Source: Thermoplasmatales archaeon (GTDB lineage: Archaea; Thermoplasmatota; E2; DHVEG-1). Taken from it: a stretch of 64,000 nucleotides of DNA. The notes below the pieces were generated by a model. The model did no database searches, was not told the origin of the DNA, and saw nothing but the letters and a program-made list of their open reading frames with translations. Below, in pieces: positions 37,849 through 47,457 of the stretch. The translations under genes and the position numbers were made by a program. Every line of letters starts with the position of its first letter. The first letter of the stretch is position 1. The stretch spans positions 1,013,584 to 1,077,583 of the forward strand of contig CP070724.1 in the NCBI GenBank assembly GCA_020350825.1. Direction: 5' to 3'.

Positions 37849-38931
37849 ATGAATAAGAAAATATTAGGCTTATTTAGTTGTATACTGCTGATCACTATTA
37901 ATGTTTTACCAGTAGCAGGGGCATTTGAAATAAATAGGGAACATGGAATAAGTTTTCCAGGTAAACCAACTTTTATCCCTCGTTCTACTTATGAACCGGA
38001 AGGAATTGATTTCAAAGATGCTGCATTTCATAGCTCATATGGTCGTTATCACGGGGAATGGTGGTATTTTGAGGGAATTTTCGATAACGGATATAGTATT
38101 GTGATTGATGTTATTGTCTGCTCAAAGGGTAGTCGTGGTATCTGCAAACTTAAGCTTAATATATATAACCACACCAATTTGGAAGTTTATTTGAAGAAAA
38201 TTATTTCCCTTAAGGAGTTTGAGGCATCTGAGGAATTCCCTTTCGTAAAAGTGTCTGGAAAACAGATTATAAAATTAGACAGAGAGAAATTTAATAATAC
38301 AGGAGAATGGGTTTATAATGTTTCATTAGAAATTGATAATCAAGAGGTTAATTTACAGGTCACAGGTACAACAAAAGGTTGGAAAGGGAAGCTCCTTAGA
38401 GGTTGGTATGGCCCTGTATTGCCCATGGCCGATATAGAAGGAACACTTATATTGAATGGAGATCAGATAAATGTGAGTGGATTGGGCTATCATGAACATG
38501 CCTGGAATATTTCATTTCCAATATGGGAATGGGGCTGGTATTGGGGTAAAATTGTAAGTGATTCATTTAGCCTGTTTTGGGCAAAAACGATGAAAACTCG
38601 CAGGACGGAACAACAACGATTTGCGATTTTAAGCCAGAATCAGTTAGGTTATATAAACATAAATCCAGAGAACATTAAGTTTAAGGCTACTGAATATATT
38701 TTTGATAATAGGAGAATAATTCCTACAAAATTCATATTAAACATTTCCGATTCAGAAAGTTCTATCTACATCAATGCTACAATGGAAACAATAAACACTC
38801 ATCATATTGGATTCGTGATAACCCGTTACTGGAGATACCATGTAAAAGTAAATGGCGAAATAACCTATGGCTCCTCCAGTGAGATGATAGAAGATGAAAT
38901 TCAGTTAATGGAGTTAAGAAGATTTCGATAG
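37849..38931 (+). CDS. CrtC/AttH-like protein, tandem paralog
   Basis: HGEWWYFEGIF, GYHEHAWN, WYWGKI. Collinear with 36467..37651. Confidence 0.5.
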   Translation: MNKKILGLFSCILLITINVLPVAGAFEINREHGISFPGKPTFIPRSTYEPEGIDFKDAAFHSSYGRYHGEWWYFEGIFDNGYSIVIDVIVCSKGSRGICKLKLNIYNHTNLEVYLKKIISLKEFEASEEFPFVKVSGKQIIKLDREKFNNTGEWVYNVSLEIDNQEVNLQVTGTTKGWKGKLLRGWYGPVLPMADIEGTLILNGDQINVSGLGYHEHAWNISFPIWEWGWYWGKIVSDSFSLFWAKTMKTRRTEQQRFAILSQNQLGYININPENIKFKATEYIFDNRRIIPTKFILNISDSESSIYINATMETINTHHIGFVITRYWRYHVKVNGEITYGSSSEMIEDEIQLMELRRFR

Positions 38932-38938
38932 AGGTTTT

Positions 38939-38990
38939 GCAACTCGGTTCTGTTGCAATTGGGTTGTTAACTTTTGTTTGGTATAATAGA
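38939..38990 (+). repeat. Degenerate third copy of the junction segment
   Basis: gcaactcggttctgttgcaattgggttgttaacttttgtttggtat resembles the (c)taac.ctgggtttgtt start of copies 1 and 2. Confidence 0.35.
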
Positions 38991-39156
38991 TTCTTCTGGG
39001 CTAAAAACTAAAATGGTAGTAATTGTTGTAAAAAGTGTTTCTCCTGTTATTTTAGACTTTAGATGTAAAAACGACTAAGGGTGCAAAGCCGTTCCCCATA
39101 TAGATTAATCAGGAGTAATGTCTATATCAATAAACATTAGCAGGATAAGTGTGTCA

Positions 39157-39825
39157 TTAAGCGTTTCTTAATGCAATACGTTTTGGTACTCCTATTCCGG
39201 GTATACTTAGCTTATTTTCAATTTTATCTATTATAGCTGTTAATAAAACGGTTAATACTAAATAGATAATGGCAATAATGACAAATATCTCAATATATTT
39301 GTAAGTCTTCGCTGCGATAAAAAATCCTTCAGCTGTCAATTCTTCTACTGTAATTAAATATGCAATTGAAGTGTATTTTAAAAGGTAAATTAGTTCATTT
39401 GACCAGGCAGGTATCGAGATTCGTAATGCTTGAGGAAGGAGTATATTTTTTATGGATTGCAAACTGTTCATTCCAAGGGTCCTCGCAGCAACCATCTGAC
39501 CAGATGGAATAGATTGGATAGATCCTCTGAGATATTCAGCTTGATATGCTCCACTATTTAGCGACAAACCTATAAGAGCTGCCTGTAAAGGAGTTAAAGA
39601 TATTCCTACTGAAGGAAGACCAAAATAAAGAAGAAATAATTGAACCAAGAGTGGAGTTCCGCGAATAATTTCAATGTATCCAATACAAAAACTAGCAACA
39701 ATTCTATTTCCATAGACTCTACCAAGGGCCAATGTGATTCCAATAATAAGACCAATTATTATTGATATGAAAGTAAGAAGAAGTGTAATGTTTAAGCCAT
39801 CAAGAAGATTTGGTAATGAATCCAT
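39157..39825 (-). CDS. Polar amino-acid ABC transporter permease
   Basis: HisM/GlnP-type: IIRGTPLLVQLFLLYFGL and EAARTLGM-like (VAARTLGMNSLQ) EAA loop. Confidence 0.85.
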   Translation of the reverse strand: MDSLPNLLDGLNITLLLTFISIIIGLIIGITLALGRVYGNRIVASFCIGYIEIIRGTPLLVQLFLLYFGLPSVGISLTPLQAALIGLSLNSGAYQAEYLRGSIQSIPSGQMVAARTLGMNSLQSIKNILLPQALRISIPAWSNELIYLLKYTSIAYLITVEELTAEGFFIAAKTYKYIEIFVIIAIIYLVLTVLLTAIIDKIENKLSIPGIGVPKRIALRNA

Positions 39826-39861
39826 TAAAAATTCAAAAAATTCAGACGTTATTTTTCCCCC

Positions 39862-40605
39862 TTATTCTTCTCCATATAACGTGGCAATCTTCCCTAAAAA
39901 TTCTTTGGTTCTTGCTTTTTTTGGATTACGAAACATTTGTTTTGGCGGACCACTTTCTACAATTATCCCATTCTCCATAAAGATGATCTCATCTGCAACA
40001 TTTCTAGCAAATCCCATCTCGTGAGTAACCACTAACATACTAACCTTTCCTGCAAGTCCTTTCATAACTTCAAGTACCTCTCCAATAAGTTCTGGATCTA
40101 GAGCCGAAGTAGGTTCATCAAATAATATTATGACAGGGTCCATTGCTAAAGCTCTTGCAATTCCCACACGTTGTTTCTGCCCTCCCGATAGTTGAGCAGG
40201 ATATTGATTTGCCTGTTCTACCAAACCCACTCTTCCCAGCTCTTTTAAAGCTCGTTTTTTTGCGTCCTCTTTTTTTATCCCTCGTACCTTCTCCAACCCA
40301 ATACTTATATTTCTAATTGCAGTTAGATGATTAAAAAGATTAAAATCCTGGAAAACAAATCCGATTTTTTGACGTATTCTATTTATGTTCTTAGATAAAT
40401 GGGAGATCTCTTCACCTTCGAGAAAAACTTCCCCCTTATCCGGAGGATCTAATTGATTGATACACCGAAGAAGTGTACTTTTTCCAGTTCCACTTGTTCC
40501 AATAATTACTTTTGTCTTACCTTTATCCATATTAAAAGATATTCCTTTTAAGACCTCGAGTTGACCAAATGACTTATGAATATCTTTTACTTCGAGCATA
40601 TGCAT
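39862..40605 (-). CDS. Polar amino-acid ABC transporter ATP-binding protein
   Basis: Walker A GTSGTGKST, signature LSGGQKQRV, Walker B ILFDEPTSALD. Confidence 0.92.
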   Translation of the reverse strand: MHMLEVKDIHKSFGQLEVLKGISFNMDKGKTKVIIGTSGTGKSTLLRCINQLDPPDKGEVFLEGEEISHLSKNINRIRQKIGFVFQDFNLFNHLTAIRNISIGLEKVRGIKKEDAKKRALKELGRVGLVEQANQYPAQLSGGQKQRVGIARALAMDPVIILFDEPTSALDPELIGEVLEVMKGLAGKVSMLVVTHEMGFARNVADEIIFMENGIIVESGPPKQMFRNPKKARTKEFLGKIATLYGEE

Positions 40606-40625
40606 ATTTTTACCTTCTTAATTTC

Positions 40626-41300
40626 TTATTTAACAGTTCCAATCTCAGTACCTGATATTTTGTATTTTTTTTCAAGATAGCTTAAACCTTTATTGATGGA
40701 AATAACTATTATTAAGTAAATTAGAGCAATAAGCAATAATATAGGAAGAACTAATTCGTAGTTCAACGAATAAATATATCCTCCTTGTCTCATCAACTCG
40801 ATAACACCGATGCTAAAAGCAATAGAAGTATCTTTGAGAACAATTGTCAGTTCATTAGACCATCCAGGAATAGAAAGCCTCAAGACTTGAGGAATAATAA
40901 TATATCGCAAGGCTTTTAGTTTTGACATCCCTATTGATAATGCTGATATCATTTGTCCATCAGGTATTGAATTTATTGCACTGCGATAAATCTGAGCTTG
41001 ATACGCAGCGCTTCTCAATCCTAGTCCTAGGACTGCTGATGAGAATGGGTCGAGGTTAAGGCCAATTTGAGAAAGTCCAAAGTATATTATAAAGAGCATC
41101 ACAAGAAGTGGGATCCCTCTAAAAACTTTCTCATAAATAATAATACAATAGACAAGAGGCCATTTCCCATAAGAACGACCCATTGCCAATCCTATTCCAA
41201 ACACAGACCCAAGTATCAGGCTTAATAAAGTTAGACTGATTGTTATTACCAAACCATCCATCAGCTGAGGTAGAGAATCTGTCAAAATCTCTAATGCCAA
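40626..41300 (-). CDS. Polar amino-acid ABC transporter permease (second subunit)
   Basis: VFRGIPLLVMLFIIYFGL and ISALSIGMSKLKALRYIILPQ. Confidence 0.85.
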   Translation of the reverse strand: MALEILTDSLPQLMDGLVITISLTLLSLILGSVFGIGLAMGRSYGKWPLVYCIIIYEKVFRGIPLLVMLFIIYFGLSQIGLNLDPFSSAVLGLGLRSAAYQAQIYRSAINSIPDGQMISALSIGMSKLKALRYIIIPQVLRLSIPGWSNELTIVLKDTSIAFSIGVIELMRQGGYIYSLNYELVLPILLLIALIYLIIVISINKGLSYLEKKYKISGTEIGTVK

Positions 41301-41322
41301 TGGATCACTTTAGTCAATTTGT

Positions 41323-42099
41323 TTATTCAAAGTATTTTTTAATTAGATTTGTCCATTCTTCAGTTCCTATTAGTTTAGTAAGTCCTTGATTTAATTCCGC
41401 AAGTAAATCACTATTTCCTTTTTTTACTGCAAGTCCATACTCCTCATCCGAGTCAATTGTATATGCAATTTCCGCATCGACATCCTCTGCAAATGCTTCT
41501 GCAACCGGTTTATCGATAACTATTGCATCTAAATTTTTATTTGTTAAATCTAAAAGAGCTAATGTATAGAGCGTGTATCGTTTGAGCTGATCTTCCTGCA
41601 TAGTCGCATTAGTTATATTAATTAAGGTTTCATATACCCAGTCCGCTCCTGTAGTTCCTGTTTGAGCACCAACTGTAAGATTAGCAAGTACTTCAAGATG
41701 ATTAGTCTCATTAATTGTATAGTTTGATTCAGTCAACACTAATACTGATAGGTCAGCTTCATAATATGGAATTGTGAAATCTACCTCTCTTTCTGGATCT
41801 ATTGACATCCCAGCAGCTATAACATCTATTTTATCAGAGTTCAACGCACCTATTAAACCTTCAAAAGCTATGTCTTGAACTTCCACTGTATAATTCAGGT
41901 CCTCAAGAATCATTGTTACCATTTCAATATCAAATCCTACAATGGTTCCATCTTCCACATATTCAAACGGTGGAAAATCAGCCGATGTACCAACTATTAT
42001 TTTATTTTCAATTTCTTCTACACATCCTGATAACGAAATACCAAGTCCTACTACTGCTATTATCACTAACATCGAAAATATTTTCTTTTGTTTGTTCAT
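41323..42099 (-). CDS. Amino-acid ABC substrate-binding lipoprotein
   Basis: Signal plus LSGC lipobox, then the type-3 SBP pattern IIVGTSADFPPFEY...GFDIEM...DVIAAGMSI. Confidence 0.85.
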   Translation of the reverse strand: MNKQKKIFSMLVIIAVVGLGISLSGCVEEIENKIIVGTSADFPPFEYVEDGTIVGFDIEMVTMILEDLNYTVEVQDIAFEGLIGALNSDKIDVIAAGMSIDPEREVDFTIPYYEADLSVLVLTESNYTINETNHLEVLANLTVGAQTGTTGADWVYETLINITNATMQEDQLKRYTLYTLALLDLTNKNLDAIVIDKPVAEAFAEDVDAEIAYTIDSDEEYGLAVKKGNSDLLAELNQGLTKLIGTEEWTNLIKKYFE

Positions 42100-42251
42100 A
42101 TTACGCCTCCTCCATTTTTGGAAAGATATGGTTCACCTATTATTTAAATTTTCTAGTTTTTTCTACATGAGATTAAAATTCACGTTTTATTTATTGGAGT
42201 AATTCCTAACAAAATGATTATAACTATGATTAGAGGCTATATCTAGAAATA

Positions 42252-44141
42252 CTATCCTCCAACTTTAAGGCTTGGATCTCCGAATAACTGCCATTGCTGT
42301 ACCATTTTGGGATCCATTTCATCGCGGCTGCATAGAAACGTATGTAGGTAATCCTTTATCGCTCCGCTATGTAAATCTCCGAGAATGTCTACTTTTTCTT
42401 GGTTATATAGTTGGAAGAATCTTAGCTCAAGCCATCCATCTAGTACTTCAAGATAGTCGTTTATATTATTTTGATCTGCATCGCTCATGGCATGTGTCCC
42501 CAGTCCTGTGTTGGCTATGGTTGCTATTGCTCCTCCTCCTTTTTTACTGGTTAATTTCCATGCCCAACAGCTAGCCGGTGCAAGTTTTATTTTCCCTCTT
42601 TTAAGACTATTACCTATTGACAAGTCAAACTTTCCGTTGAAACATCCTCCTACTACTGTTATCGGGAGTTTGTTTTTATTCCTCAGAAAATTCATATACA
42701 TTGTGTGGTAGAAGGTGATTAATCCTAATCTGCTGAGTGATGGCCCCCATCCGGTGGCATCAGGTGGGTAATGTATTCCCCAACTAGTTGCTGAGCCGTG
42801 TCCACAGAAATATGCAAATCCTGCTCCTTTGTTTATGGCTTTGTTTATATTTCTAACTAATAATTTATTTCCCTCAGTGGCATATAATTTTATAGGGGTA
42901 AAACCTGACATTATTTCTGATGCTTCTTCCATTATTAGTACGCCTTCACTTATCTGACCCGGGTCTTTCCAGTGGTCACCTGATACAAGTATCATTTTTT
43001 TGAACCAATCATCATCGGCCTTTTTTTTCTCGTAGTCAATTATTTTATCTACTACGATTCTTACTTCACGTTTATTTCTACATGGTAGACGACCAAGGTA
43101 GACGTCTGGGTATAGGTCCATTTTGTCTATTTCTTTTGATCCGTCCCATTCTGCAAAAATATTGTTGTCGTTGGTATCCCAGCAGGAGAAATTCCCTTCA
43201 CTGTCATAAATATCTGCGAAGTATAGATCGCAGATGAACTTTGGTTCTGGTACTTCTTGTTTACCTTCTGAAATTAGGACATGGCTATATCTAGTTGGCA
43301 GGTTCCATTTTGTTGTTTGACCTTTAATACCACCTACTAATAGAACATATTCGATTCCCCAGTTTTCGATTGATTCTTTGATATAGTATTTCATCTTTTC
43401 TTGTGTATCTCTACCATTTGTGTCTTGGATTTCATTTAATGTTACAAGTTTGGTTTTAATACCCATATTTTCTTTATGGTTTACAAGTCGTTGTAAAGGC
43501 CTTTTAAAATTTGAAACAGTGATGATTAATAGATCATATTCATCTTTATTTTCTAATAATGGGTAGTCAGGTTGTTCAAAGGTAATTGTAACCTTAGCTT
43601 GTTCAATAAAATCTATTTCATAATCTGTTGGTCTGTATGTTATAGGGTTAACTCTAACTGTTAGGAATGTTTTTTGTGTGCCGTTAGATAAACCTCCACC
43701 AGTGTGGTAAGATATAAAATTAGGTGGAAACCTTGTATCTTCGTCATAAATATTTGGGTCTTCACCTGTAGCGGTGGAACATGAGCCAACTGAGATTTTT
43801 TTCGTAAGAGTTATTGCTTCAGGTTCTGAGTATTCATAGATAACATCTAATATTTTTGTTCTAAAAGGGAACTCATATGTTGTGGTTTTTACAGGTATTG
43901 CAGGCCATCCATCGTGCATATCGTAAAAATCTGCTTCATCTACATAAACACAGGTATATTCTTCAAAATCAGAAAAGGTAGGATAAGAAAATGTGTATCT
44001 TTGTATTATTTTTTCACCTTGAATATTTAAATATTGACCTATGTTGTCTTCGGTATCCTTATCTTTATCTTCGTAAATTATAAAGACTGCTGCGCATGCA
44101 ATTAATACAAAAGCCACAACTATTGCAAGGACATTTTTCAT
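42252..44141 (-). CDS. Secreted gingipain-like cysteine peptidase (C25 / clan CD), shorter paralog
   Basis: YDLLIITVSNF...GRDTQEKMKYYIKESIENWGIEYVLLVGG. His YFCGHGSATSWGIHY, Cys ITVVGGCFNGKF. C-terminus QWQLFGDPSLKVGG parallels QWQLLGDPSLQIGG of 23548..26052. Confidence 0.8.
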   Translation of the reverse strand: MKNVLAIVVAFVLIACAAVFIIYEDKDKDTEDNIGQYLNIQGEKIIQRYTFSYPTFSDFEEYTCVYVDEADFYDMHDGWPAIPVKTTTYEFPFRTKILDVIYEYSEPEAITLTKKISVGSCSTATGEDPNIYDEDTRFPPNFISYHTGGGLSNGTQKTFLTVRVNPITYRPTDYEIDFIEQAKVTITFEQPDYPLLENKDEYDLLIITVSNFKRPLQRLVNHKENMGIKTKLVTLNEIQDTNGRDTQEKMKYYIKESIENWGIEYVLLVGGIKGQTTKWNLPTRYSHVLISEGKQEVPEPKFICDLYFADIYDSEGNFSCWDTNDNNIFAEWDGSKEIDKMDLYPDVYLGRLPCRNKREVRIVVDKIIDYEKKKADDDWFKKMILVSGDHWKDPGQISEGVLIMEEASEIMSGFTPIKLYATEGNKLLVRNINKAINKGAGFAYFCGHGSATSWGIHYPPDATGWGPSLSRLGLITFYHTMYMNFLRNKNKLPITVVGGCFNGKFDLSIGNSLKRGKIKLAPASCWAWKLTSKKGGGAIATIANTGLGTHAMSDADQNNINDYLEVLDGWLELRFFQLYNQEKVDILGDLHSGAIKDYLHTFLCSRDEMDPKMVQQWQLFGDPSLKVGG

Positions 44142-44299
44142 ATGTTTTCACATTTTGTCTTTAAATATATTCAAAGGTATTTATATACGCATTGTTATTT
44201 AACATATAAAAACTTTTATAAATATTTTCTATTGGACACAATATTTTTTTTGCTAGTTAGGTTTTAATATTAAAATTGTTTATTCTTTGTTGTTAGATA

Positions 44300-44692
44300 A
44301 TGTCAAAAAAGTATATTAAGAAAGATTGGAAGAAAGTTTTAACAAATGAAGAATATCAAATCCTTAGAAAAAAAGATACAGAGCTTGCTTTTTCTGGTAA
44401 ATACCTTAATTACAAAAAGGATGGGATGTATGTTTGTGCTGGTTGTGGTAATCCTTTGTTTTCTTCTGAAACCAAGTTTGATTCTGGTAGTGGTTGGCCT
44501 AGTTTTTGGGATGTTATTTCAAAAGAGAGTGTTGAATTAAAATCTGATGATAGCTTTGGAATGAAACGTGTTGAGGTTGTTTGCAGTCGTTGTGGTGGTC
44601 ACTTGGGTCATGTTTTCGATGATGGTCCACGTCCCACTAGGAAGCGTTTTTGTATTAATTCTTTAGGTCTTAATTTTAAAGAAAAGAAATAA
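44300..44692 (+). CDS. msrB: Methionine-R-sulfoxide reductase
   Basis: CAGCGNPLF, GWPSF, CSRCGGHLGHVFDDGP. Confidence 0.92.
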   Translation: MSKKYIKKDWKKVLTNEEYQILRKKDTELAFSGKYLNYKKDGMYVCAGCGNPLFSSETKFDSGSGWPSFWDVISKESVELKSDDSFGMKRVEVVCSRCGGHLGHVFDDGPRPTRKRFCINSLGLNFKEKK

Positions 44693-44695
44693 AAA

Positions 44696-45160
44696 TTATA
44701 TTCTACAGTTTGTTTGATCCTGTTTTTTTAGGTATTTTTGATGGTATTCTTCTGCGGGATAGAATTTTTTTGTCGGTGTTATTTCTGTCTGGATTTTTAA
44801 ACCAAGGTCTTTTTCTTTTTGTTTTTTTGATTGTTCAGCTATCTGTTTTTGTTCTTGGTTATGATAAAAAATTGCAGATCTGTATTGTGTTCCTATATCT
44901 GGTCCCTGTCTATTTTTTTGTGTTGGATCGTGTATCATCCAGAATGTTTCAAGCAATCGTTTATATGTTGTTATTTTTGGATTGTATATTATTTGTATTG
45001 ACTCTGCATGTCCTGTTTTACCTGTACATACTTGTTCATATGTTGGATTTTTTATATTTCCCCCCGTGTATCCTACCGTTGTTTTTTCAACGCCTTCTGT
45101 TCTTTCAAATTCTGCTTCTACTCCCCAGAAACATCCTGCTGCAAAGGTTGCTTTTTCCAT
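44696..45160 (-). CDS. msrA: Methionine-S-sulfoxide reductase
   Basis: ATFAAGCFWGVE, GYTGG, HAESIQI, DPT...NRQG.D.GTQYRS. Confidence 0.92.
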   Translation of the reverse strand: MEKATFAAGCFWGVEAEFERTEGVEKTTVGYTGGNIKNPTYEQVCTGKTGHAESIQIIYNPKITTYKRLLETFWMIHDPTQKNRQGPDIGTQYRSAIFYHNQEQKQIAEQSKKQKEKDLGLKIQTEITPTKKFYPAEEYHQKYLKKQDQTNCRI

Positions 45161-45219
45161 AATTAGTACTAATTATGAAGTAATGATATTAATAGATAAT
45201 GGAGCAATAACTAGCAGAT

Positions 45220-46410
45220 TTAAGACCTTTTTATGTGCTCTTTAAGTTTAATAAAATGCAATATCAATAGTGCAGGACCAAAAATCCATGCAGAATAGAG
45301 AAATGTACGGGTAAAACCAAGTGCAGCAACCATAGATCCTGTGATCATTCCACCGCCATTTAAACCAATGTTTGCTATACCTGTGAAAATTCCATATTGA
45401 GTAGCACCGATTCTTGGATTTGTTACATCCATAAATAGTGCACAAGACACTGTTGAATGTGCACCCATCATAAATCCAATTATTCCATAAATTATTGATA
45501 AATTTAACCAGTTATTTGTGAAAATAAGGGTTGCAGTAAAAATTATGTTTAATCCAATGAAAATATAAAGTGTTAATTTCCTTCCAATTTTATCTGTGAT
45601 AATCCCACCCGCTACCGAACCAACGGCTAGAAATATTGGAAGAATCATTGATATAAGACCTATTTGAACATCACTAATTCCAAGATTGTCCCTCATATAT
45701 ATTGGCATTATAAACGACAACATTCCCTCATTCATGAATACAATTGGCGAAAAAATTGCTATTAACTGAGTTGTCTTTTTCTTAAACTCTTTTATTACTA
45801 GGGATGCTATTTTTTGTCTTGACTTGTACTTTATTGTTTCTTTTACAAGAAAAGGGAAGATAAGAATTATCAAAATTATAAAACCATTTGTGAAATAGGC
45901 ATAACCATAACCAAAATTTGAGCCTATGAAGGGGAATATGGCTGCCCCGATAGCCCAGGCAGAGTATTGACCTGCAAACATTGAACCATTTATTTTTCCA
46001 CGGTCTTTATCTGTTGAAACATCAATTGCCCAGGCATCTGTTGAAACATCTATGAAACCGATACCTATATGGCCTAGAAATATCAAAAGAGTAAATGGTA
46101 TTAAAGAAGCACCAGGGTCAACCATGGAGACTATAAACATGGAAGAAACGGTTAGTAGTCCTCCAAGTATGATAAAAGTTTTTCTTCCAAACCTGTTAAA
46201 TCGGTCAACTATTGGACCCCAAATAAATTTTAGTATCCAGGGTATATTAACAATACCAACAATAAGGGTGGTGAGTGGAATAGGAACTGCTTTTTCTCGG
46301 AGATAAAGTGATGTAACTACTGTTGTTATTGCAATCATTAATCCTTCTGAGAAGTAGAGATTCCCAAATAAGGAGTATTTAAGAAAACTGTGTTTGTTGA
46401 TATCAATCAT
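45220..46410 (-). CDS. MFS transporter
   Basis: 396 aa, 12 TM. WGPIVDRFNRFGRKTF loop (MFS D-R-x-G-R-K motif). Confidence 0.8.
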   Translation of the reverse strand: MIDINKHSFLKYSLFGNLYFSEGLMIAITTVVTSLYLREKAVPIPLTTLIVGIVNIPWILKFIWGPIVDRFNRFGRKTFIILGGLLTVSSMFIVSMVDPGASLIPFTLLIFLGHIGIGFIDVSTDAWAIDVSTDKDRGKINGSMFAGQYSAWAIGAAIFPFIGSNFGYGYAYFTNGFIILIILIFPFLVKETIKYKSRQKIASLVIKEFKKKTTQLIAIFSPIVFMNEGMLSFIMPIYMRDNLGISDVQIGLISMILPIFLAVGSVAGGIITDKIGRKLTLYIFIGLNIIFTATLIFTNNWLNLSIIYGIIGFMMGAHSTVSCALFMDVTNPRIGATQYGIFTGIANIGLNGGGMITGSMVAALGFTRTFLYSAWIFGPALLILHFIKLKEHIKRS

Positions 46411-46509
46411 AGTATTTTAATTGTTAAAAAAGATTTAAATGTTACTATAAAAATATCAAATGCATAGCAAAATCAAAATATTTGGATTTGATTAATACCC
46501 CCAGTAAAC

Positions 46510-47391
46510 ATGCAAGAACAACTTATTAAAAAAGCTGATAGATTTGCAGGTTACACAACAATCATATTGATAATCCTTGGAATAATTCAAATTATTTTTG
46601 GAGAGTTTTTTACAAAAAGTATTGCGCTTACAGCTAATGGTATTGATTGTATTGGTGATGGCTTTGTTTCTGCTGTTGTTTGGATTGGTTTAATGTTTTT
46701 TAAAAAACCTGCTAATAAACGTTTTAATTATGGTTATTATAAAATGGAGAATCTTGCTTCAGGCATAGCAGCTGTTATTATGATTGGTCTTGCAATTTAC
46801 ATTGCCTTTAGATCCTATGATCAGCTGATAAATCCTCATGCTGTTGAAACACCAATTATTGGGGCGATTATCGCTTTTATAGCAGCAGTTATTGCACTTG
46901 CTCTTGGATTTTATAAGTATTTTAAAAACAAAAAATCAAAGATGAGCTCAGTAAGACTCGAAGCATTTAACACAATTAAAGATGGTACTGCTTCAGGGCT
47001 TACAGTTGTTGCTTTGATTCTAACTTCTCAAGGAATATTTATCGCAGATGGGATTGCAGGTCTAATAATCGCAGGTATTATTGTATCAATTGGTTTTGCA
47101 TCAATAAAAGAAAGTAGCTATATGCTTATTGATGCATGTGATGGTGAATGCATTGATAGAAGCTTAAGTATTAAACAAATAGCAGAGGACCATAAAGAAG
47201 TAAAATATGCTCATATTGTAAGATTAAGAAAATCAGGCCCAATTTTTCAAGGTGAAATGGAAATAGAAGTTTCTGAAGATATGACAATTAAAGAATTCAA
47301 TAAAATTAAAAAAGATATACAAAAACGAATTAAAGAGATATTCCCTGAAATAGAAAGGCTTACGATAACTGCTATAACAAAAAAAATATAA
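46510..47391 (+). CDS. Cation diffusion facilitator (CDF) family metal exporter
   Basis: Six TM plus a C-terminal cytoplasmic domain. ALTANGIDCIGDGFVS with spacing typical of CDF. Confidence 0.75.
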   Translation: MQEQLIKKADRFAGYTTIILIILGIIQIIFGEFFTKSIALTANGIDCIGDGFVSAVVWIGLMFFKKPANKRFNYGYYKMENLASGIAAVIMIGLAIYIAFRSYDQLINPHAVETPIIGAIIAFIAAVIALALGFYKYFKNKKSKMSSVRLEAFNTIKDGTASGLTVVALILTSQGIFIADGIAGLIIAGIIVSIGFASIKESSYMLIDACDGECIDRSLSIKQIAEDHKEVKYAHIVRLRKSGPIFQGEMEIEVSEDMTIKEFNKIKKDIQKRIKEIFPEIERLTITAITKKI

Positions 47392-47457
47392 AATCATGGA
47401 AGAAATATCCACCAAATTTTTTAATCATGAGGTTATGATAAGATAATGTATCAAACC

